The translations under genes and the position numbers were made by a program. A model generated the notes under the pieces. The model had not been told where the DNA came from. It worked only from the letters and a program-made list of their open reading frames with translations, and made no database searches. Below are positions 18,816-28,823 of a DNA stretch of 64,000 nt, one piece after another. Every line of letters starts with the position of its first letter. Within the stretch, counting starts at the first letter, position 1. The DNA comes from a virus, in the IMG/VR virus record IMGVR_UViG_3300046003_007336, positions 1 to 64,000 of that record, one strand, 5' to 3'.

Positions 18816-19454
18816 TCACACCCCTCGCGGAAGTCCAGACCACCGAGTGTATACCGACGAAACCTCGTCGATGTGGCAGTTCGACTCCAAGGCCTTCCCA
18901 TACGGGTCTTCGATCTCGAAAGTTCGAGTGCGAGTCGAATTCCCAGGTTGCCCGGCGAGTTCGAAATTCGTCGGGGTATTTGCCCCCATGGTGCCGACGA
19001 CAGTGCAGATCACGTTGATGTGGTCGATGGGATGATCGGACGTGTTCGTCACAGTGACGGACATCTGGCCCATGTCACATCCCCGGCAGACTTCCGAGAA
19101 CTGGACGTCGGACAACTCAACCGACGTGTTCATGATCATCTGGTAGTTGGCCGGAAGGGGCTGGCGATCAGTGAACGCAGTCAGGTAGAGGTCCCGGCCG
19201 GTGTTAATGACGAACGCCGAAGACATCCAGACCACCGCGACCAGGGCGAGGAAGATCATCGTGGCCCAGAACCCGCCGATCTCAGGCATATTGAACGTCA
19301 TACCGCTCGGGTCATCGTTCTCATAATCGAGACGATTGTCGAAGTTGTTCAGGAACCTGTCGGTGTCCCGCTTCGCCATGCGCTTGCCCTTGTCGGCGAA
19401 CATGGTCGCGACGCCAGCGAAGATCGCCGTGTTGGCCAGCCACTTCAACATCAC
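18816..19454 (-). CDS. Membrane protein with extracytoplasmic beta-sandwich-like domain
   Basis: TM segment FWATMIFLALVAVVWM; VTVTNTSDHPIDHINVICT. Confidence 0.65.
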   Translation of the reverse strand: MMLKWLANTAIFAGVATMFADKGKRMAKRDTDRFLNNFDNRLDYENDDPSGMTFNMPEIGGFWATMIFLALVAVVWMSSAFVINTGRDLYLTAFTDRQPLPANYQMIMNTSVELSDVQFSEVCRGCDMGQMSVTVTNTSDHPIDHINVICTVVGTMGANTPTNFELAGQPGNSTRTRTFEIEDPYGKALESNCHIDEVSSVYTRWSGLPRGV

Positions 19455-19840
19455 AGCACCCTCATCATTTCAAACGATTTCCTGCACGCACTCGGATTCT
19501 CTATGCGGCCCTCGCCGTAGAAACGAACCTCGCCCTCCACGGTCTCGCCAGGATTGACGACCTTGATGAACGGCGTCGAGTTGCCGAAGCGACTGCACTC
19601 GAACCTGATCAGGCGGATTTGTTGTTTGGGCGTGTCATTCCGAACCGTGAAGTGCAGAGTCTGCCCGAAAGCATTGGCGGTGGTGAACACATTGGATACC
19701 ACGACCTTGCGATCATAGTAGGAGTCCCACGGCAACATGACAGCCCTGGTTGCTAGAGCGACCACGCTCAGGACAATAAGTCCGAAGACGATCTGTCGCC
19801 AGAACGCCACCATTAGACCCAAGAGACCAGCAAGAACCAT
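19451..19840 (-). CDS. Membrane protein, likely paralog of its neighbour
   Basis: Hydrophobic N-terminus; FTVRNDTPKQQIRLIRFEC; start set at ATG 19840 after AGGAAGG. Confidence 0.65.
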   Translation of the reverse strand: MVLAGLLGLMVAFWRQIVFGLIVLSVVALATRAVMLPWDSYYDRKVVVSNVFTTANAFGQTLHFTVRNDTPKQQIRLIRFECSRFGNSTPFIKVVNPGETVEGEVRFYGEGRIENPSACRKSFEMMRVL

Positions 19841-19997
19841 GTTCAAAACCTTCCTTGACCTCACTCTATCGTGAAATTATGTCTTGTCAAGAAAATAATA
19901 CTTGACTTCGTGTTTGGGTTCCGATAACCGGGCCGGTTTTTTCGGTGAACGAGAATATTGACCAAACCTCTGATGACCTGTCAGAGTAAATACAGAC

Positions 19998-20471
19998 ATG
20001 TTCCTACTCTCAATCCTCACGGGCGGTGCCCGCCTATTCACAAACAAATCGACCATGCCCTTCATGATCGGTGGCATCTTGATTGCCCTGGTCCTCGGTG
20101 CTGGCGTCTGGGGTTGGAGCACGATTGCTGATCTCCGCCGCGACAAGGTCGAAACCGCTCTCAAGACTGAGAATGAAGACCTTCAGGAAACAGTGGCGGA
20201 ACACAACGCCATGATTGCCCGGATGTCGGCTGCTCAGGCGGACTTCGAAAATCGTGTCGGTCTGATCGCCAATGAGATGGAAGGCCTGAACCGCCAACTG
20301 TCCCGCAATGTGGTCCGCCGCCAGCAGACCTATGACAGCCTTACGGCTCCCACGGTTCCGGGTCAGCCCGTCAACACTGCTGACCTGGAAAGCCGCGCCA
20401 ACACGGGCATGTCATCGCTTTTCGGCGAACTCGAAACCCACAGCCAGGAGGTCGCCAATGCGCCCCGTTAA
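19998..20471 (+). CDS. Inner-membrane spanin (Rz-like)
   Basis: N-terminal TM then long coiled coil; TAAATA 5 nt upstream; overlaps the lipoprotein gene. Confidence 0.7.
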   Translation: MFLLSILTGGARLFTNKSTMPFMIGGILIALVLGAGVWGWSTIADLRRDKVETALKTENEDLQETVAEHNAMIARMSAAQADFENRVGLIANEMEGLNRQLSRNVVRRQQTYDSLTAPTVPGQPVNTADLESRANTGMSSLFGELETHSQEVANAPR

Positions 20472-20865
20472 ACTGATCGCCATTCTCGTGGCCTCGACCG
20501 CACTCTCTGGATGCGGCGGCCTGTTCGGAGGTGGACGTTTCACTCTACCCTCCTTGGTCGAAAACAAGCCCGTCCCGATCACCATCGTGCAACCCACGCC
20601 GATGGAACTCAACGACGTCACCTGGAAGGTCTACACGCCGGAGACCCTCGCCGCTGAGGTTCAGCAGGCGCCGACCGGCACTGTTTATTATGTCCTCACC
20701 CAGGACGAGTACAATGTGCTGGCCATGAACCTGTCCGAGATGCGCCGCTACATCGAAGACCAGTCGGCGGTGAACGCCACGCTCATTAACGCGATCAAGA
20801 TCAATGAGGGTGAGCGAACTCCCGCCGTTGAAGTCTCGCCCCCCGCCGCCCGTCCCGCGCAGTGA
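20458..20865 (+). CDS. Outer-membrane lipoprotein spanin (Rz1-like)
   Basis: AGGAGG RBS; MRPVKLIAILVASTALSG-C lipobox; Pro-rich; YNVLAMNLSEMRRYI. Confidence 0.7.
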   Translation: MRPVKLIAILVASTALSGCGGLFGGGRFTLPSLVENKPVPITIVQPTPMELNDVTWKVYTPETLAAEVQQAPTGTVYYVLTQDEYNVLAMNLSEMRRYIEDQSAVNATLINAIKINEGERTPAVEVSPPAARPAQ

Positions 20866-21677
20866 ACGACCCCCATAGTGTTCTCGGCGTCGCGCGAGAT
20901 GCAGATGCCGCGACGATCAAATCCGCCTATCGGAAACTTGCCAAGAAGTGTCACCCGGACCTCCACCCAGGTGACGACAAGGCTGAGGCGCGCTTCAAGG
21001 AAATTACGGCCGCCTACGATGCCTGTATGAAACCGCAGGGCCAGAGCGGACAGCAAGGCCAGCGCGAATGGGCCAACTACGACAACATGTCTGGCTTCAA
21101 TCGGGCATCGTTCGAGGAAATGTTCCGTCGCGCCGGTTTCAACGTCGAGCCGACCCTTGACGTCAACGCTGTCTGCGCGATCTCGCTTGAAAACGCTTTC
21201 TCCGGCTGTGAGATCGACGTCCAGATGCAGAGCACGGGTCAGGTTAGACGCGTCACCATTCCGATGGGGGTGCAGGATGGCCACCGTCTCAAGGTGTCGG
21301 GTGGCGGACGTCAGGGGCCGAGCGGCGTGGGTGACCTCATCCTGACCGTCCGGGTGCAGCAACATCCTGTCTGGGGTCGCGAGGGCGACGTCCTCATCCG
21401 TACTTTCGAACTGGACGCCCTGACCGCCGTAGTCGGCGGCAAGGTCATGGTCGAGACCATGGAGGGCGAAATCGTCGAGGTCGAGATTCCGGGGGGCATG
21501 CAGCACGGCGCCTATGTGATGGTCCCAGGTCGCGGAATGCCTCACGGGACGATGAATGCCCGTGGAGACATGGCAATTATCGCACAGATTGTGGTTCCCC
21601 AAAAAATTGGCCCAGAACACGCTAAAACGATCAAACGGCTGAAAGATTTATTGGCGGCCTCGAAAAAATCGGCATAG
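20862..21677 (+). CDS. dnaJ: DnaJ/CbpA-type co-chaperone (class B J-protein)
   Basis: VLGV..DA...IKSAYRKLAKKCHPD...RFKEITAAY J-domain; C-terminal GDLILTV...HPVW.REG...GRGMP...GD; no Zn-finger repeats. Confidence 0.85.
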   Translation: MNDPHSVLGVARDADAATIKSAYRKLAKKCHPDLHPGDDKAEARFKEITAAYDACMKPQGQSGQQGQREWANYDNMSGFNRASFEEMFRRAGFNVEPTLDVNAVCAISLENAFSGCEIDVQMQSTGQVRRVTIPMGVQDGHRLKVSGGGRQGPSGVGDLILTVRVQQHPVWGREGDVLIRTFELDALTAVVGGKVMVETMEGEIVEVEIPGGMQHGAYVMVPGRGMPHGTMNARGDMAIIAQIVVPQKIGPEHAKTIKRLKDLLAASKKSA

Positions 21678-21732
21678 GGTTCTCGAACACGGGGAGGCAT
21701 TTTGCTCCCTGTCGGTGTGACGAGTTTATTTT

Positions 21733-22374
21733 ATGCATACGGTTGGTGATTTTGATACCCACGCATCCATCCCCTACTACCCGACCCGCAAGCCCTACTG
21801 GGGCCGTTTCCCATACCGGGTGTCCATCCTCATAGACACCAAGACGGCTTCACAATACCGCAAGCTCGGCCCGCACTGGCTGGCCCACAAACGCAAGCAG
21901 CTTCTGGGCGGCGTGGCCGGGGCCGAATCGGCTGACAAGATGACGTGGCTGGCGGGCGGCGTAGCGTTTTTCTTCGATGACGCCGAGGTGGCCAAAACTT
22001 TCATCGACGCCAACGTGACCATCATCGAAGACGTGCATCGCCCGGTCGGCGGCCAGGAAGCCGTCATGGCCGACCCCAAGGTCCGCGTGCAGAAAAATCT
22101 CTACTGGCTCCAGTTCCGATACAAGATCAGCTTCAACGTCAAAACCTACCTTCGCGACGACTCCCGCGTGGCCGAGCTTGACGAATGGGCCCTGACTGAG
22201 TTCCCGTTCGATGACACGGACGGGCGCGGCCTCTATAGCGTATCGGACATCCGCACCCTCTACCTTCGGGACGAGCGCGACATTCTCCTTACCCAACTGA
22301 TGGTTGGCCATCATGTCAAGGATATCGAGAAGGTTATCCTGTTTAGCGAACTCGGCAGCGACAACGAGATTTAA
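21733..22374 (+). CDS. Hypothetical protein
   Basis: 213 aa ORF. Confidence 0.7.
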   Translation: MHTVGDFDTHASIPYYPTRKPYWGRFPYRVSILIDTKTASQYRKLGPHWLAHKRKQLLGGVAGAESADKMTWLAGGVAFFFDDAEVAKTFIDANVTIIEDVHRPVGGQEAVMADPKVRVQKNLYWLQFRYKISFNVKTYLRDDSRVAELDEWALTEFPFDDTDGRGLYSVSDIRTLYLRDERDILLTQLMVGHHVKDIEKVILFSELGSDNEI

Positions 22375-22455
22375 TCGAACTTTTCGGTTGCCAGATTTTC
22401 ATTTTGCTCTATACGTTGGGGCAATCCGTTTCACCGCTTATTTGCGAGAAATACC

Positions 22456-24774
22456 TTGAACTCAGATTCCAGCCATCCCGAACTCATTCGCTTCGCGTCG
22501 CAGATGGTGGACATCGCCCGTCGCCAGAAGCACGAAGCCGTCATGCTCGAACACGTCGTCATGACGTGCTTGAAGTCGGACGACGTCATCGAAGCCCTCG
22601 AAAAGCTGGACGTGGACGCCGAGGATGTCGAGGACGACCTGATCAACTATTTCAAGTCGGGCTACATCCCGCAAGTCCAGAATGCGAACCCGCCGCTCAG
22701 CACCACCGTCAACGAAGTGCTGTCGCGTGCCGCCCACTCGGCGAAGTCGCAGAGCCGCGCCGTCACCGGTCTGGATATCCTCGTGAAGGTGTTCGGCTAT
22801 ACGGCCGAAGACAGTTTCGCCGTCGAGGTTCTGACCAAGAACGGCCTGACGGGCTTCAAGCTGTCCAACTACATGGGCGAAGCCTCGGGTGAAGACCCCG
22901 CACTGGCCAACGGCAATCATGGCGGCGGCGCGTTCCAGATCACGAACGCCGACGAGGCCCGCATTTTCCTCGCCAAATACTGCGAGAACCTCAACGACCG
23001 CGCCAAGGAGTCGAAGATCGACCCCCTGATCGGTCGCGAGGATGAAGTCGCCCTGATCGTGCAGATCACGGCCCGTCGCACCAAGAACAACGCCATCCTG
23101 GTCGGTGAACCCGGCGTCGGCAAGACCGCCATCGCGGAGGGTCTGGCCAAGCAGATCGTCGAGGGCAACGTGCCCGCCATTCTGGCCAACGCCGAAGTGT
23201 GGAGCCTCGACGTCGGCGCCCTGATGGCCGGAACGAAATACCGGGGCGAAATGGAAGAGCGTCTGAAGCAGACGATCAAGGCGTTCGAATTCATCGACGA
23301 ATCCATCGTCTTCATCGACGAAATCCACACCATCATGGGTGCGGGCGGCGGCGGCTCCGCGCTCGACATCGCCAACCTGCTGAAGCCCGCCCTGTCCAAG
23401 GGCACGCTGCGCTGCATCGGTTCCACGACCTTCGAGGAGTTCCGCAAGCACTTCGAGAAGGACCGCGCCTTGCTGCGCCGGTTCAAGCGCGTGGACGTCA
23501 ACGAGCCCTCGCTCGAAACGACCAAGCTCATCCTGGCCGGGCTGAAGTTCAAATACGAAGAGTTCCACGGCGTCACCTACACCGACGAAGCCATCGACGC
23601 GGCGGCCGATCTCACCTACCGGTACATCAACAATGCCCTGCTGCCCGACAAGGCCATCGACATCATGGACGCCGCTGGTGCGGCCCAGAAGGTTCGTGGC
23701 GAGGAAGGCCTGAAGGTCATCACCCTCGGTGAGATCGAGACCGAAGTCGCCAAGGTGGCCCGCATCCCGCTCAAGACCATCGCGGAAGACGAGACCGACA
23801 AGCTCACCCATCTGGAAACCGATCTCCAGAAGAGCGTGTTCGGCCAGGACAAGGCCCTGACCGCCCTGTGCGACGCCGTGTTCGTCACCCGCGCCGGTCT
23901 GCGCGACACCAACAAGCCCTCGGGCTCGTTCCTGTTCGCCGGTCCCACGGGCGTCGGCAAGACCGAGGCCACGCGCCAACTCGCCGACACGCTGGGCGTG
24001 CCGCTGATCAAATACGACATGTCTGAGTTCATGGAGAAGCACACCATCTCCAAGCTGATCGGTTCGCCTCCGGGCTACGTTGGCTACGAGGACGGCGGCG
24101 CCGGGTCGGGCAAGCTCGTCAACGACATCGAGACGCACCCCTACTGTGTCCTGCTGCTCGACGAAATCGAGAAGGCTCACCCGGACATTTATTCGATCTT
24201 CCTTCAGGTCATGGATGACGGCGTCCTGACGTCCTCGTCCGGCAAGAAGGTCGATTTCCGCAACGTCATCATCGTCATGACGACGAACGCGGGCGCGTTC
24301 GAGCAGAGCCGGAACACCATCGGTTTCGGGGTGCAGACGGGCGGCGACCCCATGGAGGCGATCAAGCGGCTCTTCACGCCGGAGTTCCTGAACCGCCTCG
24401 ACGCCATCGTGGGCTTCAACCGCCTGTCCCAGGAGCACATCCTGAAGGTGGTGGACAAGTTCCTGCTCAAACTCGCCGAACAGGCCGGGGAGCGCGGCGT
24501 TACCATCGACGTCGGCCCGGAAGCCCGCACGTGGCTGGCCAAGCACGGCTTCGACGACAAGATGGGCGCGCGTCCGCTCAACCGGTCCATCCACGACCAC
24601 ATCAAGACGCCGCTCAGCCGTCAGATGACCATCGGTGATCTGAAGTTCGGCGGCACCGCCACCGTGACCGTGGACGGCGACAAGCTGGTCATCACCTCGG
24701 TGGCGGCCCCGGCCAAGCCGGTCATCGTTCCGGTGATCGAAGCCGAAGAAGAGAAGAGCGCGGTCTCGGTCTAA
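22456..24774 (+). CDS. clpA: ATP-dependent Clp protease ATP-binding subunit ClpA
   Basis: Two AAA+ modules (GEPGVGKT, FIDEIH; GPTGVGKT, LLLDEIEKAH), IDPLIGRE, LPDKAID, IGF loop (NTIGFG), MGARPL; no ClpB middle domain. Confidence 0.92.
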   Translation: MNSDSSHPELIRFASQMVDIARRQKHEAVMLEHVVMTCLKSDDVIEALEKLDVDAEDVEDDLINYFKSGYIPQVQNANPPLSTTVNEVLSRAAHSAKSQSRAVTGLDILVKVFGYTAEDSFAVEVLTKNGLTGFKLSNYMGEASGEDPALANGNHGGGAFQITNADEARIFLAKYCENLNDRAKESKIDPLIGREDEVALIVQITARRTKNNAILVGEPGVGKTAIAEGLAKQIVEGNVPAILANAEVWSLDVGALMAGTKYRGEMEERLKQTIKAFEFIDESIVFIDEIHTIMGAGGGGSALDIANLLKPALSKGTLRCIGSTTFEEFRKHFEKDRALLRRFKRVDVNEPSLETTKLILAGLKFKYEEFHGVTYTDEAIDAAADLTYRYINNALLPDKAIDIMDAAGAAQKVRGEEGLKVITLGEIETEVAKVARIPLKTIAEDETDKLTHLETDLQKSVFGQDKALTALCDAVFVTRAGLRDTNKPSGSFLFAGPTGVGKTEATRQLADTLGVPLIKYDMSEFMEKHTISKLIGSPPGYVGYEDGGAGSGKLVNDIETHPYCVLLLDEIEKAHPDIYSIFLQVMDDGVLTSSSGKKVDFRNVIIVMTTNAGAFEQSRNTIGFGVQTGGDPMEAIKRLFTPEFLNRLDAIVGFNRLSQEHILKVVDKFLLKLAEQAGERGVTIDVGPEARTWLAKHGFDDKMGARPLNRSIHDHIKTPLSRQMTIGDLKFGGTATVTVDGDKLVITSVAAPAKPVIVPVIEAEEEKSAVSV

Positions 24775-24791
24775 CCGAACTGCAAACGGCA

Positions 24792-24818
24792 GGTGGGAGG
24801 TCGCGGGGGCCTCCCACC
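24792..24818 (+). terminator. Stable hairpin after clpA (terminator-like, no T-tract)
   Basis: ggtgggagg...cctcccacc. Confidence 0.4.
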
Positions 24819-24838
24819 GGGGATAATGACTTCCGCTG

Positions 24839-25057
24839 GTGCACACTGTGCCCCTCACATTGAAGAATGCTGCCGACAAGCTGGTCGGTCCAATATTTTC
24901 TTGGAAAAATCAGCAAGGTCAGATGACCGTCGTGGATATGCGGAATGTCTCCGTGATCTTCGAGAACAATCTCCTGATATCCGGGGTGTGGTTCAACCCG
25001 CACGCCTACACGCACAAGGAACTACTCGACCTCTGGGACGAGTGGCGCGGCAAATGA
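24839..25057 (+). CDS. Hypothetical protein
   Basis: 72 aa ORF. Confidence 0.5.
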   Translation: MHTVPLTLKNAADKLVGPIFSWKNQQGQMTVVDMRNVSVIFENNLLISGVWFNPHAYTHKELLDLWDEWRGK

Positions 25058-25142
25058 CTTCACCTGGGGCGTCGTTATTGGCGTTCCGGGCATCTACATA
25101 CTTGACCTCAGACCGGGCCCGCCCGGAGAAATATTTTTCGAA

Positions 25143-25550
25143 ATGGACATCACCCTAGCCCGCAAGCTGATCGCCAAGGGCGCCATCCGCCAGAAGACCG
25201 AGATCGACGCCAAGTTCCGGGGCGTCGGCATCGACGGCAAGCGTTCTGCCCTCACACAGGGGACCTTCTTCATCAAGGGCGCCCGCATGACCGTGGACAA
25301 CCTCATCTTCGAGGCCGTAAACACCCAGGATGGCGACACCATCCGCATCGACGTCAACGACATCTACAAGGTCGATGGCATGGAGCCATCCCGTTTCGCC
25401 CAGATCAATGGTCTGGACGGCGACGGGGAGCCGGTGAAGCCGGGCAAGCGTCGTGGGCGGCGGACCAACGCAGAGAAGGCCGCCATGGCGGCTGCCGCCG
25501 AAGGCCTGTCAGACGATGATGACGATGATGATTTCGAGGATGACGCATGA
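25143..25550 (+). CDS. Hypothetical protein with acidic tail
   Basis: 135 aa; IYKVDGMEPSRFA. Confidence 0.7.
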   Translation: MDITLARKLIAKGAIRQKTEIDAKFRGVGIDGKRSALTQGTFFIKGARMTVDNLIFEAVNTQDGDTIRIDVNDIYKVDGMEPSRFAQINGLDGDGEPVKPGKRRGRRTNAEKAAMAAAAEGLSDDDDDDDFEDDA

Positions 25551-25753
25551 CCGATCTCAAAGAACTCCTTCAAGCCAGAGACGAAGCCTTGAAGGCCCGC
25601 GAGGAAGGACGCGTCCTCGTGTTCCCCAAAGGCGTCTCGCTCGACGAAGCCAAGCACATCCACGCGAAGTTCCTCGAAGCCGGTGGAGGCAATATCCAGT
25701 TTCCCGATGATGAGGAGATTCGAGACTGGCTCCTGTTCGGAGATCAGGTCTGA
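25547..25753 (+). CDS. Hypothetical protein
   Basis: ATGA overlap. Confidence 0.65.
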   Translation: MTDLKELLQARDEALKAREEGRVLVFPKGVSLDEAKHIHAKFLEAGGGNIQFPDDEEIRDWLLFGDQV

Positions 25754-26019
25754 AAGTTCTGAATAAAAAGAAGGTCGGGGTTCCTCCGGGCGCGGTCTAC
25801 ATCGGCCGGGGCTCACCGTGGGGGAACCCCTTCGTCATGGGGCGGGATGGTGACCGAGACGCGGTCATTCGGAAGTTTGAGACCTACGCGCGTGACCGCC
25901 TATCCCGTGAGCCCGATTGGTTCTCCGCCCTACGGGGGCATGATCTCGTATGTTTCTGCGCGCCCCTGGCCTGCCACGGCCATGTGATCGCGATTCTGAT
26001 TGAGGAAGAAGGCGCATGA
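25750..26019 (+). CDS. DUF4326-like protein, probable CTG start
   Basis: VYIGRGSPWGNPF...LRGHDLVCFCAPLACHGHVI; conserved motif lies upstream of the first ATG (25837). Confidence 0.75.
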   Translation: MKVLNKKKVGVPPGAVYIGRGSPWGNPFVMGRDGDRDAVIRKFETYARDRLSREPDWFSALRGHDLVCFCAPLACHGHVIAILIEEEGA

Positions 26020-26321
26020 ACAATTACGTTCAGGTGTGGGACGACGCTGATCATGTTTTCAAGATCGCCGAACTCGTGTCCGCTGGCTGGCATCTCATCT
26101 ACGCCGAAATACCCTACGGGCGAATGGAAACCGCGAAGACATGGTGTTCGGCAGCGGGCGAGGACGTTCTGCTGATCGGAGAGTTTGTCGAAGACAACGG
26201 CGAGGAAGACGAAGAAGAGGAAGATGAGGTCTACGAGATAGACCCCAACACCAGGGTCCGACACATTCTGCTGATCAAAGACAAACTGCGCGCCGCGCAG
26301 TTCTGCCTAGAGTTCCTCTAG
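26016..26321 (+). CDS. Hypothetical protein
   Basis: ATGA overlap; ends RAAQFCLEFL. Confidence 0.65.
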   Translation: MNNYVQVWDDADHVFKIAELVSAGWHLIYAEIPYGRMETAKTWCSAAGEDVLLIGEFVEDNGEEDEEEEDEVYEIDPNTRVRHILLIKDKLRAAQFCLEFL

Positions 26322-26827
26322 GAAAAAATGCGGGACATGTTGGCCGGGAACAGAGACAACTCTTCGGGCGTGACGTCGATCACGGCGACGTCCTGCGCAT
26401 CCTCGATATCGCGGATGGCCCGCTTGAGGCCGATGTAGCCGCTGTCGTCCTCGGACAGCTTGTCCATCAGAGCCGCGACCGCGTTCTGGCATGCGTCCAT
26501 CACGCCGCCGTCGTCGGCGGACTTGCACGCCTGCGGGGCGAACGGGTCATTCTCTTCATCCTCATCGTGGAGGAAACGCTTGATGGCGTCCTGTGGAATC
26601 TCCACACCCATCCGCCACAGCGATTCGGTCTCGCGCTGATCATCCTGGAGGTTGACCATCCCGGTCAGCCGTTGGGACACGAGCGCGGCGAACATCCTGG
26701 TGGACATCGGGATACCCATGACGCACGCGAGCATGATGGTCTCGCTACCGTCCGAGTAGGCACGAAAGCGCGCATCCTCGGCGAGGTAGGAGGTCAGAAG
26801 CTCGTTGTTGATCGTCTTAATAAGCAT
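26318..26827 (-). CDS. Hypothetical protein
   Basis: 169 aa ORF. Confidence 0.65.
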   Translation of the reverse strand: MLIKTINNELLTSYLAEDARFRAYSDGSETIMLACVMGIPMSTRMFAALVSQRLTGMVNLQDDQRETESLWRMGVEIPQDAIKRFLHDEDEENDPFAPQACKSADDGGVMDACQNAVAALMDKLSEDDSGYIGLKRAIRDIEDAQDVAVIDVTPEELSLFPANMSRIFS

Positions 26828-27413
26828 CCTGGTCCAGTTCGATCATGAAGTTCGCTCCCACGTGTTTCTCCTGCAATCCGTCCACGATCTTGCCCAACGT
26901 TCCAGCCTCGGGAGTGAACCCGCTGCGGCAGTATTTGGCCAGCCGGAACATAGATTTCCGAGCGGGCCCGAGCAGTCGAAGAACCTTACGCTCGCAGTCC
27001 AACCATGCTTCGTCTCTTCCCAGAACGGATACACCATCTGTGGCAAACCGGCAAACACTAAAATCGAAGTCGTCGAAGAGTTCATTCAGGCTTTCGAAGT
27101 AATTGCTCGTGATTAGCTGAATGCGGACGCCCCTGACCTTGAACTGATGGAAAGCCTTTGTGATCACCTCGTCATACAGGGTGTGATAGGCGTCGGTGAA
27201 CCATTTCATGGTTGCCTTGTATTGGTCCTCGTTGGCGAAGAAGATGTCGATGTCCGAGTTGCCTCGTTCGAGATGTTGGGAAATCTTCATCGCGGCACCA
27301 CCCGCGACCCACGGCCCCTTCTCGTAGTCGATGAAGTCCATTTCACTAATAACGCTGGTGAATATTCCAGTCATCGTAATCGGCTTGGTGGTGCATCCCT
27401 GAAGGGTGTTCAC
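26817..27413 (-). CDS. Pol-beta-superfamily nucleotidyltransferase
   Basis: WVAGGA...SDIDIFF...DFDFSVCRFA; start may be ATG 27377. Confidence 0.7.
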   Translation of the reverse strand: MNTLQGCTTKPITMTGIFTSVISEMDFIDYEKGPWVAGGAAMKISQHLERGNSDIDIFFANEDQYKATMKWFTDAYHTLYDEVITKAFHQFKVRGVRIQLITSNYFESLNELFDDFDFSVCRFATDGVSVLGRDEAWLDCERKVLRLLGPARKSMFRLAKYCRSGFTPEAGTLGKIVDGLQEKHVGANFMIELDQDAY

Positions 27414-27476
27414 AAAAAATCTCTGAGAAAAATCTACTGCGCATAAATATCGGGTCTTCTACATTGGTGTCAAAAT

Positions 27477-28823
27477 ATGTCTCTGCCGAACATCACGCTT
27501 CTATCGTCAACCCAGGGTGAAGTTAGCGTCACCGGTTCCGCCAAGCGTGCTAGCGGGTCGTCCCGCTCTGTCGGCAGCCTCTATACTGTCGTCATCACAT
27601 CTCTGAACCTTCAGGGTCGCGTCTACATTGAGGGAACTCTCGCGGCTTCGCCGACCGAGTACGACTGGTTCGCTATCCCGATGCCGGACTCGGACACCCC
27701 CTACATTGAGTTCCCCGAAATTCTCGGCGGCAACACCAGCGGCGCCCAAAACGTCGGCTTCAATTTCAAGGGCAATCTGGTCTGGGTTCGCGCTCGTCTC
27801 GACCGAGAGCACATGGACCTGGACGGCCTCTCCGAGCAGGCCCTGGCAGCCTACGGGTACATCGACCAGATCGTCATGAACACCGGTTCGTGGGTATCCG
27901 AAGACGGTCTCCCCGCATCCATCGTGGATGGCGGCGTCGGCGTTACCTCGGTGCGGGGCAACAACCTCGGCACGGGTGAGCGCATCTATACGAGTTCGGT
28001 CGGTCAGGCCAACGTACTCCTCAACTTCAAGACCCTGGTCGCTGGCAGCAACGTCAGCATCACGTCGAACGCGAATTCGATCACGATCAACTCCACCACC
28101 GATGGCTCTGGTGGTGGCGGAGATTCGGGACCAGTCTCGTTCCTGGACCTCACCGAGGCCCCGAGTGCGTTTGCGAATGGTATTGTGGCCGGTCGCAACG
28201 GCGATCTTGAGTTTCTGTCCGCTCCCACCGCAGCGAACCAGTCATTGCGCTGGAACGGCTCCGCCTATTACTGGGCCAACCCGGACGCCCAGTCCCCGAC
28301 TAACCTCATCATCAAGGACGACGGCACCGTGGTGACCAACACGGGGGGCGAGATCAACTTCGGCTCTGGTCTGGCCGTCCAGAACGTCGGCGGCGTCCCG
28401 CTCGTCACGGTGCCGGTGGGCTCAGCGGCTACCGCCGACCGCGAATACGTCATGCTCCAGTACACTGCTGGTAGCTCGGGCAACCTCAATTCGGTCGATG
28501 CCATCATCTCGCAGACGAGCGGCGTGACCGTCACGATCATCGACCCGGTCAACTGCGTAGTCGAGTTCACTTTTGCAAACCGCCAGTTCCCACCGTCATC
28601 CATCGCCCTTATGGGTCAGGCCCAGCAGACCAACGATTTCATTTTCTCGAACGTCAACCCCAGCATCGGCACCCGCAAGATTCGCGGTGGCGGTTCAGCG
28701 GCTTCGCCGACCCTGCTTGGTTCTTTCGCAGGCCCGATCACCCTCCAGATTCGTATGTCAGACGTCTCGGCCAGCGCAGCGGTTGGTCAGCGGGCCAAGG
28801 CCGTCGTGATGTTCAGGTTCTAA
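27477..28823 (+). CDS. Virion structural protein (fibre/baseplate-like)
   Basis: Late TAAATA near 27445; Gly/Ser/Thr/Val-rich; LLNFKTLVAGSNVSIT. Confidence 0.65.
   Translation: MSLPNITLLSSTQGEVSVTGSAKRASGSSRSVGSLYTVVITSLNLQGRVYIEGTLAASPTEYDWFAIPMPDSDTPYIEFPEILGGNTSGAQNVGFNFKGNLVWVRARLDREHMDLDGLSEQALAAYGYIDQIVMNTGSWVSEDGLPASIVDGGVGVTSVRGNNLGTGERIYTSSVGQANVLLNFKTLVAGSNVSITSNANSITINSTTDGSGGGGDSGPVSFLDLTEAPSAFANGIVAGRNGDLEFLSAPTAANQSLRWNGSAYYWANPDAQSPTNLIIKDDGTVVTNTGGEINFGSGLAVQNVGGVPLVTVPVGSAATADREYVMLQYTAGSSGNLNSVDAIISQTSGVTVTIIDPVNCVVEFTFANRQFPPSSIALMGQAQQTNDFIFSNVNPSIGTRKIRGGGSAASPTLLGSFAGPITLQIRMSDVSASAAVGQRAKAVVMFRF

Noticed and set aside
22462-24879. 805-aa ORF on the - strand
   Set aside because: Antisense shadow of clpA; typical of GC-rich codon bias; no motifs.
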